Assembly (NCBI GenBank): GCA_038087875.1
Contig: CM075985.1
Coordinates: 25,048,001 to 25,112,000 of the forward strand
Direction: 5' to 3'
Origin: Malacoraja senta
Lineage: Eukaryota
DNA length: 64,000 nt
Shown: positions 1 through 11,756 of the stretch, piece by piece
How the letters are laid out: each line of letters opens with the position of its first letter
Numbering within the stretch: position 1 is the stretch's first letter
Translations under genes and position numbers: made by a program
The notes under the pieces: model-generated
The model's database searches: none
Seen by the model: only the letters and a program-made list of their open reading frames with translations
Told to the model about the DNA's origin: nothing

Positions 1-466
1 CTCACATTTATCTATATTATACTGCATCTGCCCACTCACTCAACCTGTCCAGGTCACCCTGCAACCTCCTAACATCCTCTTCACACTTCACACTGCCACC
101 CAGCTTTGTGTCATCCGCAAAGTTGCTAGTGTTGCTCCTAATTCCCTCTTCCAAATCATTAACATAGATGATAAACAGTTGCGGCCCCAACACCGAGCCT
201 TGCGGCACTCCACTCGCCAATGCCTGCCATTCTGAAAAGGACCCGTTCACTCCTACTCTTTGCTTCCTGTCTGCCAATCAATTTTCTATCCATGTCAACA
301 CCCTACCCCCAATACCATGAGCTCTAATTTTAGTCAACAGTCTCCCATGCGGGACTTTATCAAAGGCTTTCTGAAAGTCTAGATACAATACATCCACTGG
401 CTCCCCTTCATCCATTTTACTTGTCATATTGTCAAAAAATTCCAGAAGATTAGTCAAGCATGATTT
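1..466 (-). mobile_element. CR1-type LINE RT fragment (host of LTR element 1; resumes at 8302)
   Basis: ORF 17..277 has GVPQGSVLGP and FADDTK RT motifs. The sequence tagtcaagcatgattt continues after the LTR element as atttccctttc, matching the uninterrupted CR1 copy near 52510. Confidence 0.92.
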
Positions 467-1420
467 TGTAGGGATTCTCGTTCCCTTTACTCAACTTCGG
501 GCCCAACTGCCTGAAAAAGGGGTTCCCCTAGGTTCTAGACCTCGGAATTATGGTGGGATATGATAAAAAGTTGACTTGACCAGAGCGTGCTGATGAGAGA
601 AAACAGAAACCAAGACGGTCTCAAAGCAAGTCTAAAATTTACAGGCTTTATTAAACAAATGAGAGATCGAATCTCACCAACACTACATAATACGTGACTA
701 AACTTATGCTTTAAACTAAGACTATGGGAGAAAATTATCGGGCACGTCGTAAAACTTATTTTACACAATTTTACTTGCAAGTACAGTACACCCCCTTTCC
801 CCCTTCTTCTCTCAACCTTTATCCTATTTCCGGGAACTTCACCAGGTCGTCTGGGGTACTTACAGCTAGGTTGATGCAGGCTCACGAGCCATCCAGCAGA
901 GCAGAAAGAGAGCGAGTTCTGGCTTGACCTCCTTTTTATACCTGAGTTTCTCCCTTGAACCCCCCCCCCTCCAGGTGGTCCTCTGGACAAAAGGTTCTTT
1001 TGATGATTCCCAGTTTCGATCTGGTATGAGCAATAGGCTTCCGATGATAAGGGGTTTGCTGATGTCACGATCCCTCAGCCTGATCGTTATCCCATCCAGA
1101 CTGGATGGGCTCCTGTTGTCCTGATGGATGAGCCATTCACGATGGTGATAGAGGTTGCTGGGCTGTTTACCCCCGTCTGCTGGGCTCTTTTCCTTCCTTT
1201 GTGTATTCCAAGATAATGTCATTATCTCCGTCTCAGCCTTTCCTGCTCACACCATTAGCATAGGGATGTAATGCCCAAGCCCACAGACAGGTTCGAAACT
1301 GGTTCTTCCTTTGTGGATTGGGTTTTTTTCCGTTGCAGTCAGCATGTCTGTTTTAAAAATGTCCATGGTCCTCATCCCCGAGTTCTTCCATAATCTGAGG
1401 ATTTGCCACAATAACTTACA
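467..1420 (-). repeat. 3' LTR of element 1 (954 bp)
   Basis: Near-identical to 7284-8301. TGTA...TACA termini, minus-strand TATAAAAA at ~933-940 and AATAAA at 647-652. Confidence 0.93.
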
Positions 1421-1705
1421 TGCCCCTATGATACGTCCAGGCTTGCACGGACCGTATCGATTGACAGAGTTAGTGGGCAATCCTCCAGCCTCAAGAGCTG
1501 TAAACACTCCTGGCGAGATGGTGAAGTTATGTACCCCGAAAGACCCCTTAATTGCTAAACCAGGCCCTCGAAGCACATTAATTTACACTATACCTCATTT
1601 TCTTTAAATCAATCCTACAAACCATACAGTACCATCATGACCATTCCCTGAAAATGCAGGGATCACAACATATGTACGAAACTATTGCAATGGAGTACAG
1701 ACATT

Positions 1706-2990
1706 TTACAGTGACGAGGTGTCGTTACAGCAACGTCGGGCGGCTCGATTTACCAGCTGTTGTAATTTGGCCATCCTCCTCCGCCTTTTAAATTTGCAAT
1801 TAATGCATAGCAAATACAGCACAATTATCATCTGGCAGATGATCAGAACATGGGACACGATGCGGACCCATGCTGGAACTATGATCCAGGACTCCAGGTC
1901 CCACCAACTTGGAGACTCGATCTCTTCGATCTCCCTGGCGATATCCAGTGTCTTTTGTTCCAGGGAGAAGAAGTGTTTGTGCGACAACTCGACCGCCACC
2001 AGCAACTCTTTTAATTTTTCATTCACTGGGGGAATATCATACCCAAAATGGGCCACATAGTTGGATAAGTCCGTTACATTTTCTTGTACCGAGAGGTGAA
2101 CCGAAGAAGGTTCCGGGATGGGTAATATTCGCTGCTGTGCCACATGGACTTCTGCCCTGGGTTTAAAACAGAAGCTGCTGTGTGGTATCGGGCACCACAG
2201 CTGTGATCCGTGCTGATACCGCTGGGCACTTGTGGTGACACAGTACGTCCCACTGCCTATATACGCCACCTTTGGAGGGACATGGTCTGCCGCCATTGCG
2301 CCATGGTACAGTTTATAGGCTGTGCCCCAACAGTCCTGAACCCACACTGAGTCCTAGCCTCGGCGCCCATGAGCTGGGGACACAGGATTACCTGTGCTCC
2401 CCGGCTCCGACAACCCAAAAGGTCAATGCCTGTCACAGCTTGCTCCCTCACTATGACATAGGGCGGGACCTTCCCGTAGCGAATATGCACCCCCCCACGA
2501 ACAACTCCCACGTTCTCCACTCGGTACAGAGGAGCTGGTCGTGCCGAGGTTCCCATCACCGGGATTCTTACGACCACTCCCATTATGGTGTGATTGGACT
2601 TTCCGCAATCCACTGGTACCGGGTAGGCCTCGGAGGCCACACGAAGCTGACAAGGACTCAAAGTGCTGTTATAAGGGTGTAGCGCTGCTAGGTGCTGGTT
2701 GCTTATCCAGGAGGGGACCCAACCTTGCCTCAGGTCTTCCAGGTTGCTCCTCCCTTCCCCCAACAACCACGCACCATACGGCCCACACACCTCATTCTGT
2801 GCAGCCTGATCGGACGCATTCCGGTCCTCTTTAATCAAAGCGTTTATCGATTTTGCATGTGTCCCCAATTGTGCTATGATTTCCTTTAGATGTAGAGTCA
2901 TTGCCACCTCTTCGTGCAGCCCCGATCCTACCACCGCATTTTCCTCCCCCAGAACCTCGTTGCCATCATCCATACGGCGGGGCTACCCAT
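1706..2990 (-). pseudogene. env: env, class I fusion glycoprotein of paramyxovirus-F-like type; frameshifted near 2290, N-terminal part apparently deleted
   Basis: ORFs 2257..2973 and 1706..2347 give a heptad region, VVRIP..LYRVENVG..VPPYVI..GIDLLGC..ILCP with F-like Cys spacing, a second heptad, a Trp-rich membrane-proximal segment, a TM helix (IVSHVLIICQMIIVLYLLCI) and a basic tail. Confidence 0.78.
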
Positions 2991-3311
2991 CTGGAAAACA
3001 AAGCAAAACACCTCCTTGCCTCCACATCGCTATCCGCCTCCCTGCACTCCATCACACCCATGGAAGAGTGGCCATCCGGCCGACGGTAGCGGCTACCGTC
3101 CTAATAATGGCATTCGGGGTTTTGTCTTTGTCTGTTGTGGTCTACTTTTCCACAGCCCATCCCTTCGATGCAGCCGACGTTCCCGTACTGTCCATCCCTG
3201 TACTCCCCTGTATCTATACAAAACCCTATATCTTATTACTAAACGCTAACTACATCTACTCACACACAAACCAATGCTATATACAACGCCACCCGTCTCC
3301 GGGTGGCCAAC

Positions 3312-5408
3312 TCATAACTGGTCCCCGTCACGCTGGGGCCACCCCTCTGGTGGGCCCACCCGTGCAGGCCAGAACTCCTCCTGTCGAGAGGCCTGACTGC
3401 CCCTCACCTCCCTTTGCACTACGGGGTTTCGAGATACCACTACATTCCCTGCGGAGACTGGGCTCCCTCCAGCCGCACTCCGTAGTGCCCTGTTTCGGCC
3501 ACTCTCCTTCCCGGCCTTCCTGTGGCCGGCCCTAGCCCTAGGTTTAATTAGGGATGGGGACCACCTTACCAGGGGTTTAGTGACCCTGTTACTCCTACGT
3601 CTGACCGGGGGCTCCCACACCAGAGGTGATACCTCCATCTCCTCTGCTTCTGCTAGTCTGCCTCTCTTAGGCAGTCTATGGTACCTGCCTGTGGAGGGCT
3701 GGAATCAGCATCCTTCCCCGCTGCTTCCAGTCCTCGCCCTGGGACACAGCCGGCTACTTCAGGTTGACTACCTGTGGGCTCGCCTGGCTCCACTACGGTT
3801 TCCACATCAACCTGGGTCTGTTCTTGATCCTGTTCTCTGACATGTACCCCTTTCTTACTTTTCCCTGCCCTTGTGGGGTCGAACAATTTACACTGGTTGA
3901 TGTGGAACCATTTGACTCTACGGGGAAGCTGAATGGCATACACCATGGGACTGGCCTTGTCCACTATGTTGTATGGGCCAGCATACAAGGGTTCAAACAC
4001 CCCTACCATAGCATATCTCCTGACCATTACCTGGTCCCCCACTGCCCACTCGCAATGCCTGCGAGGCTCCAGCAGTAGCTTGTTTCTTTGGTGCTGGGCC
4101 CCCATGTTTCTGGCTGCCTGCCAGTGAACCTGCCTAAGTTGTTCAAATAGCTTCTTGGCAAATTTGTCCCGGTTCACTTCCCTGAGCTGTCCCTCCGTTA
4201 GGGCTGGGACCATAACGTGCATGGGCGTTCTCATGACCCGGCCCGTCATAAGCTCATGGGGAGAGTACCCCGTACTCCTGGACTGGCTGGCCCGAATCCC
4301 CATAAGGACCAGGGGTAAAACCTCCACCCACCGGTTGGGTGAGTCCCCTGTTTCCTTCCTTATCCTTTCCTTTATTGTCCGGTTCAACCGCTCTACCGGA
4401 CCTGAGGACTGGGGGTGGTAGGCCACATGCCACTTGGCCTTGATGCCCAGTATTCTAAGGGTGGACTGCATGACCTGTCCCGTGAAATGGCTCCCCTGAT
4501 CTGACTCCACGAACTGTGGGAGTCCCCACCTGGTAAACACCTCCCTAACCAGGATTTTCGCCGTACCCATAGCGGTGGCTGCTCTGCAAGGGAAGGCCTC
4601 TACCCATTTTGAGAACACATCCACAAGGACTAAGCAGTACTTGTAACCCCCTTGAGCGGTTGGAAGGGGATCCGATGTAGTCGATTTGAATCGACTGCCA
4701 TGGCCCCTCCACCCTCCTGATGTGTCCGATAGAAACCTTCCTTTTCTGGGGATCTGGGTTGTTTGCTGCGCAAACCAGACAGCTTGCGCAAAAGTCGCGA
4801 ACGTCTTCCCTGAGCCCTGGCCACCATCCCGCTATCTCTACTCGCTGCCATGTGGTCTCTGGCCCGGGGTGACCTGACCCTGGACCCTCATGGGCTAGTT
4901 TTTTAAATTCCCTTCTGTACAGGGAAGGCACTACCCACTTATCTCCCTTGAATAACATGCCTTCCTTTACTGACATGTCTTTACCCCCATACGGTCCCTC
5001 TATCTTCTCCTGCCTGCAAATGGCTGCTGAGGCAGCCTTTAAAATGGGGTCTTGTGCCTGGACCGTGGTCAGGTCCGGGGCCAAAACCACTCCCGCACTT
5101 TCCTTTTCTCGAGGCTGCTCCCTGGCTGCAGCTACCTGTCCTTCCTCATAGGGGTCCCATGCTTTCCCACTCCTGGCTCCTTCCCTGGCCAAGCAATCCG
5201 CCCTCTGATTTCCCTCGCCCCGTGGCCTATAGGGCACCCCACTAGATAGAGGGGATGTACGGGGATTGTCCGTGTGGACAATGCTACTGGAAGCACCTGT
5301 GTCCAGCAGGTAACTCCCGACCACATCCTGGACCTCCATCTTGACCCAGGGTCTCCCACATGGGCCATATTCTAACGGGCATATGAATGTGGGCTGTTTC
5401 GCTGGCAG
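3312..5408 (-). pseudogene. pol: pol remnant: protease N-terminus fused in-frame to RNase H C-terminus, then integrase (frameshift near 4650)
   Basis: LLDTGAS protease motif is followed ~25 aa later by GNQRADCLAREGA. Integrase HHCC (AHEG..GHPG..CASCLVC), IQIDYIG, SDQGSHF and PQSSGPVERLN motifs are present. No RT motifs are present. Confidence 0.9.
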
Positions 5409-7211
5409 TCATAAAGATGCCGGGGGTGCGGATACAGGCGCTCCCTGGCCTGTTGCCATGGCTACCTGTCCGGACCCTCCCGCCTTTGACTGCAAATAGG
5501 TCAATAGATCTCTTACATCTATTGTTCCCGGCACTGCCGCTCCCTCCTCCGGGGCTGGGTCGGCTGTTACCGGGGTCCTATCCTCCACTGCTCTACTTGG
5601 GTTTCTGCACTCCCTCTTGTAGTGCCTGGGCTTCCCACACCCGTAGCACACCGGCCTCATCTCGGCAGAGGTCCGGCTGCCTTCCTGTTTCCACTGCCTC
5701 CTTTTGGTGGGTGCCGGTACTATATTGTGCACCTTGCCCTTAAAGGGCTTCTCCTCACTTCTCTCCCCGTTGCGATACGCAAGGGTGAGCTTCCTTATTA
5801 CCTCTGCCTCGTTAAGGTTTGGGTCCGCTGGACCGAACCAGTGCTCGGCCTTTGCCCTAACTCGTGGGAGGCAATTCGCTACCAGAGTCTTCAGCCAGTG
5901 GGCTGTTCTCTCATCTAAATTCCACCTATCTAAAGGCGTCCCACACGCTCCCTCGTACACTGCCCACAGTCTGTCTGCGAGCATGTCCGGGGCTCAGCTA
6001 CCTGCTGCATCGTCTCCGCACCCTGGCGAAAGGACTACTCTGATTCAACCCCATGGCCTCCAGAACCGCTGTCTGTGCCGCTATCCATGTTTCAGGCCTT
6101 CCCCCTTCCCTAGAGGTCACTGCCTTGCATAGGTATGAATCCAGGGTCATCAGTAGTAGCTTTACCCGTTCTACCTCATCGCAATTGTTTATATCGGCTG
6201 CCTGCTGCACCTCCATAAAATGCAATGACGGGTCGCCCGCCCTGGTTAACCTGGGAACGTGAGCCACCATCCCCCTCAGCACGTGTGCCCCATGGGGAAT
6301 GATGATATCACTCTCTATGGGCCCCCTATCTGCCTGCCCTACCGGGAGACCATATTTCCTTTGCCGTACCGGGCACATCTGCCCTACCCAGGGCTATTGC
6401 CCCTTTACCCCCTGCTCTCCCACCATGATCGGTAACACCACCACCTCGTGGTTTGCTACACATGGCGCAGACGCCGCTAACCGAGGGTGCTCTCCTGCTC
6501 CTCCTTGGGCCTGTCCCTCCCCGGACAACCCGAACCCCACCTGCCGACCCGGACCTATTCCCGGCGCCTCAGGAGGTGGTCTATTCCCCTTTGCCCCTGG
6601 GGAATCACGTGCTGAGGTAAGCCCTCTGCCCCTGGGGGACCCCCCTGGTCCTACCAGGTGAACCCGTCCCCTAGTCTTGGACAGAGTCTCCTCCAGCTGC
6701 GCTATCCTGGCAAGGCCCGTGATCACAATCCCCTAGCTCGCTACGGGCCACTCTGTATGCTGCTTGGATATCTTGGAACTTTCCCTCCAGCTCCCTGTAC
6801 CTCTGTGTACTCTGAGCCAGGAGTTCCTGGGCATTCCGTTCCCTCTCCTTTGCCTCTACCCCCTGGCATTGGAGGAATTCCTGGGCATTTCTGTGGGACT
6901 CCCTAGCCTGCAAGATACACGGCCTGGCTTCACTGACTTCCTCGTATAGCCCTTCCCCTTCTCTATCGCTTTCCTCAGCGCTGGCCCTAGCTTTTCTCAG
7001 TTGCTCTTCTAGACTCTCTACCTGTCTCTCCATTTTGGCTACCTGCTGTGATAGGCACGCTAGCCAAACTGCGTTTATTATACCTTTTGCTTTCCGTCCA
7101 TTCTGCTGCAGCTGCTGCAGGCTGCTGTGCTGCCAAAAGTGCTATCACCCATTGTTTGGTGTTGGTGAGATTGATCTTTTTAAACAGATAAGAGGATATT
7201 CTCTCCTCCAT
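5409..7211 (-). pseudogene. gag: gag (frameshifted): coiled-coil N-terminus, capsid-like core, CCHC zinc knuckle
   Basis: Successive minus ORFs 6987..7325, 6671..7033, 6394..6726, 5998..6378 and 5409..5984. CYGCGKPRHYKREC knuckle. Located between PBS and protease; start codon inferred. Confidence 0.85.
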
Positions 7212-7264
7212 CTTGCTACGTTCTCTCACCCCCTCTGGCAAATCACATATCCCAAACCACTGAG

Positions 7265-7282
7265 GTCCTGCCATGGTCGCCA
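7265..7282 (-). promoter_or_regulatory. Primer-binding site, tRNA-Arg-like
   Basis: Minus strand reads TGGCGACCATGGCAGGAC 1 nt after the 5' LTR end. It resembles the complement of vertebrate tRNA-Arg(TCG) 3' ends; tRNA identity is from memory. Confidence 0.7.
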
Positions 7283-7283
7283 T

Positions 7284-8301
7284 TGTATAGGGGTTTTGGT
7301 TCCCTTTACTCAACTTCGGGCCCAACTGCCTGAAAAAGGAGTTCCCCTAGATTCTAGACCTCGGAATTATGGTGGGATATGATAAAAGGTTGACTTGACC
7401 AGAGCGTGCTGATGAGAGAAAACAGTAACCAAGACGGACTCAAAGCAAGTCTAAAATTTATAGGCTTTATTAAACAAATGAGAGATCGAATCTCACCAAC
7501 ACTACATAATACATGACTAAACTTATGCTTTAAACTAAGACTATGGGAGAAAATTATCGGGCACGTCGTAAAACTTATTTTACACAATTTTACTTGCAAG
7601 TACAGTACACCCCCTTTCCCCTTCTTCTCTCAACCTTTATCCTATTTCCAGGAACTTCACCAGGTCATCTGGGGTACTTACAGCTAGTTCATGCAGGCTC
7701 ATGGGCAGAGCAGAAAGAGAGCGAGTTCTGGCTTGACTCCTGCTTTTTATACCTGAGTTTCTCCCTTGAAACCCCCCCCCCCCAGAAAGAGCAGGAAGAG
7801 AGAAAGAGTTCTGGCTGGACTTGGGTTTTATACCTGAGCTTCCTTTGAAACCCCCAGGTGGTCCTCTGGACAAAAGGGTCTTTTGATGATTCCCAGTTTC
7901 GATCTGGTATGAGCAATAGGCTTCCGATGATAAGGGGTTTGCTGATGTCATGATCCCTCAGCCTGATCGTTATCCCATCGTCTGGATGGGCTCCTGTTGT
8001 CCTGATGGATGAGCCATTCACGACGGTGATAGAGGTTGCTGGGCTGTTTACCCCCGTCTGCTGGGCTCTTTTCCTTCCTTTGTGTATTCCAAGATAATGT
8101 CATTATCTCCATCTCAGCCTTTCCTGCTCACACCATTAGCATAGTGGTGTAATGCCCAGGCCCACAGACAGGTACGAAACTGGTTCTTCCTTTGTGGATT
8201 GGTTTTTTTTCCGTTGCAGTCAGCATGTCTGTTTTAAAAATGTCCATGGTCCTCATCCCCGAGTTCTTCCATAATCTGAGGATTTGCCACAATAACTTAC
8301 A
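7284..8301 (-). repeat. 5' LTR of element 1 (1018 bp)
   Basis: Direct repeat of 467-1420 with an extra ~70 bp TATA-containing duplication. Flanked by the PBS and the ATTT TSD. Confidence 0.93.
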
Positions 8302-8700
8302 ATTTCCCTTTCAAAAATCCATGTTTACGTGGACTAATCCTTTTACTGCTATTCAAATGCCCCATTATTACCTCTTTGATAATTGTCTCCAGCATCTTTC
8401 CCACCATTGAAGTCAGGCTAACTGGTCTGTAATTCCCTGTTCTCTCTCTCCTCCCTCATCCTTCTCAACTAGAACAATTACAGGCTCAGAGTTGTCAAAC
8501 ACTCATTGTATGTTAACCCAATCATCCCCAGGATCATTCTCTTAAACCTCCTCTGGACCCTCTCCATGCCAGCACATCCTTTCTCAGATGTGGGATCCTA
8601 AACTGCTCTCAATACTCCAAATGCAGTCTGACCAGTGCCTGAAAAAGCCACAACATTACCATGCTTCCTTGCTTTCTCCCTTCTTCCCATCCCCTTTCCA
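8302..8700 (-). mobile_element. CR1 LINE fragments (continuation of the interrupted host plus a second degraded piece)
   Basis: Matches CR1 RT-region sequence seen in 52510-52670 (gtcaggctaactggtct). Boundaries approximate. Confidence 0.75.
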
Positions 8701-9352
8701 GCTCGGTTTGACTAGAGCCTTGATAAGGGCTGCAGGAAGAGAATGAGAACATCTGCAGATCCTGACAATTAGGTACAAATTGCATGGAGTGGATTGGATG
8801 AATGCAAACCAGACATACACATTGTACACATTGTACATATTGTTGCAATGATTTACTTTGCTAGATGTTGATTGGATTAAGTATTGAGCCTAGTCTGGGT
8901 TTCTTGAATATCAAGGCACATGTTGCGATGTTTGATTCCTTTCAGAAGCTCCATTTGAATACATTGTATTAGTCACTGTATTATTGGGTTGGGGAAATGT
9001 CTATCACGTACTGGGTTAATCGATATCAGTTATTGAACTGTAAAGACACTACCCCCATGTGGTTCAGCGCCCAGAGATTCGGGGACCTATAATAGTCCAC
9101 TCCCATGAGGTCCTGTGTCGATCTTCTGGGAGAGCGCTTCAGACTGTGTGACCTTCTGGAGTGTCTCTGCTTGAACGAGGCTAAAGAGGGCTTGGCCAGG
9201 CAGATACGAGGATCGAACCCATGGTGGTTAGGTATAGTAGTGGGAACTATAATTGTGTTTTGTCAAAATAAAGATTAGTTGCGCAAGTGCTTGACTCAGT
9301 GATTTTTGACTGAAACTAGACTGGGGGGGAAGCTTAGAATGAGCTATTTACA
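8701..9352 (+). repeat. 5' LTR of ERV2 (5'-truncated by ~125 bp)
   Basis: Aligns to 15481-16082 and ends gagctatttaCA, immediately followed by the PBS. Confidence 0.88.
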
Positions 9353-9353
9353 T

Positions 9354-9371
9354 TGGGGGCTCATCCGGGAT
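9354..9371 (+). promoter_or_regulatory. Primer-binding site, tRNA-Pro
   Basis: TGGGGGCTCATCCGGGAT matches the canonical Pro PBS TGGGGGCTCGTCCGGGAT at 17/18 positions. Confidence 0.92.
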
Positions 9372-10534
9372 CTCAATGGACCCCCAAACACAAGTTTGCG
9401 ATCAAGGGTGCTGAGCTGTTTCGATCGCGAGTGCAGAAATCAGGCGCACTGTGTGGTTTTTGCATTGATTTTCGGCACTTCGCTAGTCGGAGCGGATTGA
9501 TCATTCACAGGTTTGTGAAAGGGTCCAAACAGGATTGTTAGAACAGTGACTAGCAAGCACAGGTGGGGGGGGGGGGGGTTAGCACTCCTTTGGGTTAGGG
9601 GCCCATAAAACAGGGCGAGGAGTGGGCCAAAACGTGGTCACATTTGGCAGACTGCAGCTACTTTAATGAGAGCCTGACACGCTTCGAGGGCGAGGGGTGG
9701 CTCATTGTCCAGATTTGGTATCCAATTGGTGGGGTCTTGAAACACAGGTCTGGTCTACGTATTGATCTATCTTTGCCGGGAGCGCTGATTGGAAAGGTGC
9801 GTTCTGAAAATTGGCATAGACTAACAGTGCAAAGAGGCTAGGTGCTGAACCCCCGGTGCCCAGCAGAGAGGGATGTCTGCATGAAGGTATCTGAGTCCCT
9901 GGAGTGACGGATGAGGAATCTCGTAAAGGCACTGGGCTCGGTGGCTAGAGCATAGATTGGCTGGGAATACACTAGTCCATTCGAGACTTCATTGGGCAAT
10001 TTGAATTCGAGAGTCCGCGTATGTGGAGAGATACGCGCCAAAACTAGTTGGTCTGAGAACGAGTCTAGATGTGCAGAATCAAATTTCCAAATACAGAATT
10101 TCACATTGAAGTTCTGCCCGTACAGTAGAATTTGAATTTTGTGTAGATAGAACTTTGGAGGTTGTGCACGTTTGAGATCGATTACGAATAGCGGCTGATC
10201 AACAATGAATAGTAACCCTCTGATCAATTGTTGATTAGTACCAGATAGCAAAGTGTAACTGAGAGAAGGGAACCTGGTTTACTTGGTGAAAAGTACCCGG
10301 ATGCGAAAGGTACCCCTAATTCTGTAGAACTTAGAGAGGAGGGATAGAGGTCCCCCTATAGAAGTCCAGTCTTAGCAGGAGGAAAGTAACATTTAGGAGG
10401 AAATGTAGTCATTTAAGAAATAGTACCCCTCAGCAAAGAGTACCCTAGGAAGGGGAAAATCTTCGGTATCAGAGGGAGAGGTTCACTGATTGAAAACAGC
10501 GTGACGTGGCATATATATGGAGTGTTTGTAAACT

Positions 10535-11543
10535 GTAGCAATGTTACAAAATTTTGAGATTTTTAAAATCAAGTCTGTAATTTATCCCATCAGATAAAGC
10601 ATAAAAATACATTTAATTTGACACCTAATTCACTTTCATATGTTCAGTATTAAAAACGTTATGGTCATTTTCATACTCGGTAATTAGCATCTTGTTCCCT
10701 ATTGCTTTTCCATTGACTTAACACAAAAGCTGTGATCGAGGACCGTCAAAAGCCCATAACTTTCTTAAAAATGAAGAGAACTAAAAGAAATTTTCAGTTA
10801 TTATAGATTGAAGCATTCTGAAACAAATATGAAACAATCTTACTTAGATGACATGAAATTAAAGCATATAATTAGTTAGTTACCTAATTGTAGCTAATTA
10901 CAAAATTCAATTACTAGATCTAAACATCTATCAATTTCTTAAGAATAGATTAACGTTTTTAAATAGCCTAAGTGTCCAAATAACATTCACACAAGAATTC
11001 ACAATATAACATAATTTTTAAATCTCATTGTCATGGATTTATAGGCCAAATGGAAGGAATTTAATGTTTAATACCTGTAAATTAATGGGCATTTAAATCA
11101 TCTTGCGAGTGGGTTTTTCTGGAATGCGATCATTTGGAACGTTGATTTGCGGTGAATTTAACCCCGTATCGGCATGAAAAATACTGCCGTTAGTTCGGGG
11201 AAAAGAATCACCGTTTCGCATTTAAAAATGTGAATTAAAGGCCTCTTAAGAAGCACTTTTATACATAAAATAAACTGCTTTCGTTTACCTGTCCCGTGTG
11301 TGAAATCCGTCCCCGTTGTCGGCGTTGACGGCTTTCGAAGCTGATTTAAAAATGACTCCAGCGCTGAACTTCTCGATCGAATAAAAATAAAAAATACACA
11401 AAACGCCCGTCGGAACGATTATTCAGCAAAAGCTGGCACTCCAACGAAATATAATTCAGGACAAGGTAGGAGAAACCCGCGTTTTAACCCCGCCCCCCCT
11501 CAAAGGCGCCAAAATCGCGCACACAGCCAGTGGCAGAATTGCA
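10535..11543 (+). mobile_element. Non-autonomous DNA-transposon-like repeat inserted in ERV2 (family copy 1)
   Basis: AT-rich block starting GTAGCAATGTTACAAAA. An inverted homologous copy ends at 18150 (TTTTGTAACATTCCTAC). Superfamily not determined; right boundary approximate. Confidence 0.7.
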
Positions 11544-11756
11544 GGCTTCACTAGCACCTTGTATGACTTGTATCCGTCATAAATATATATATATTTTTTA
11601 GGCCTGCAGATTCTATATCCTGCAGATTCTACATCTGAACAGATTCTACCAATAGCAGATACTGGGGTACCAGATTCTTCGACCCTATTCACTCCATCAT
11701 TACTAGATCGTTTAGTAGCTTATGGCACCCGGAGTAGAACGAAGAGGTTAGCTCCG

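Larger units (their letters stand above)
467..8301 (-). mobile_element. Env-bearing LTR retroelement / endogenous retrovirus (lokiretrovirus-like), RT-deleted
   Basis: Two ~1 kb direct repeats with TG...CA ends, ATTT TSD (463-466 and 8302-8305), PBS, and gag-pol-env order on the minus strand. Confidence 0.93.

Noticed and set aside
535-1222. ORFs inside the element 1 LTR
   Set aside because: Frames are not preserved between the two LTR copies and show no domain signature.
2876-3535. 219-aa plus-strand ORF antisense to the pol-env junction (possible antisense accessory gene)
   Set aside because: No recognisable motif. Stop-poor GC-rich antisense frames are common throughout this element.
3653-7211. 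Programmed frameshifting as the explanation for multiple gag/pol frame breaks
   Set aside because: The breaks are scattered and I did not identify slippery sites at them. Decay or assembly indels are simpler explanations; raw reads would decide.
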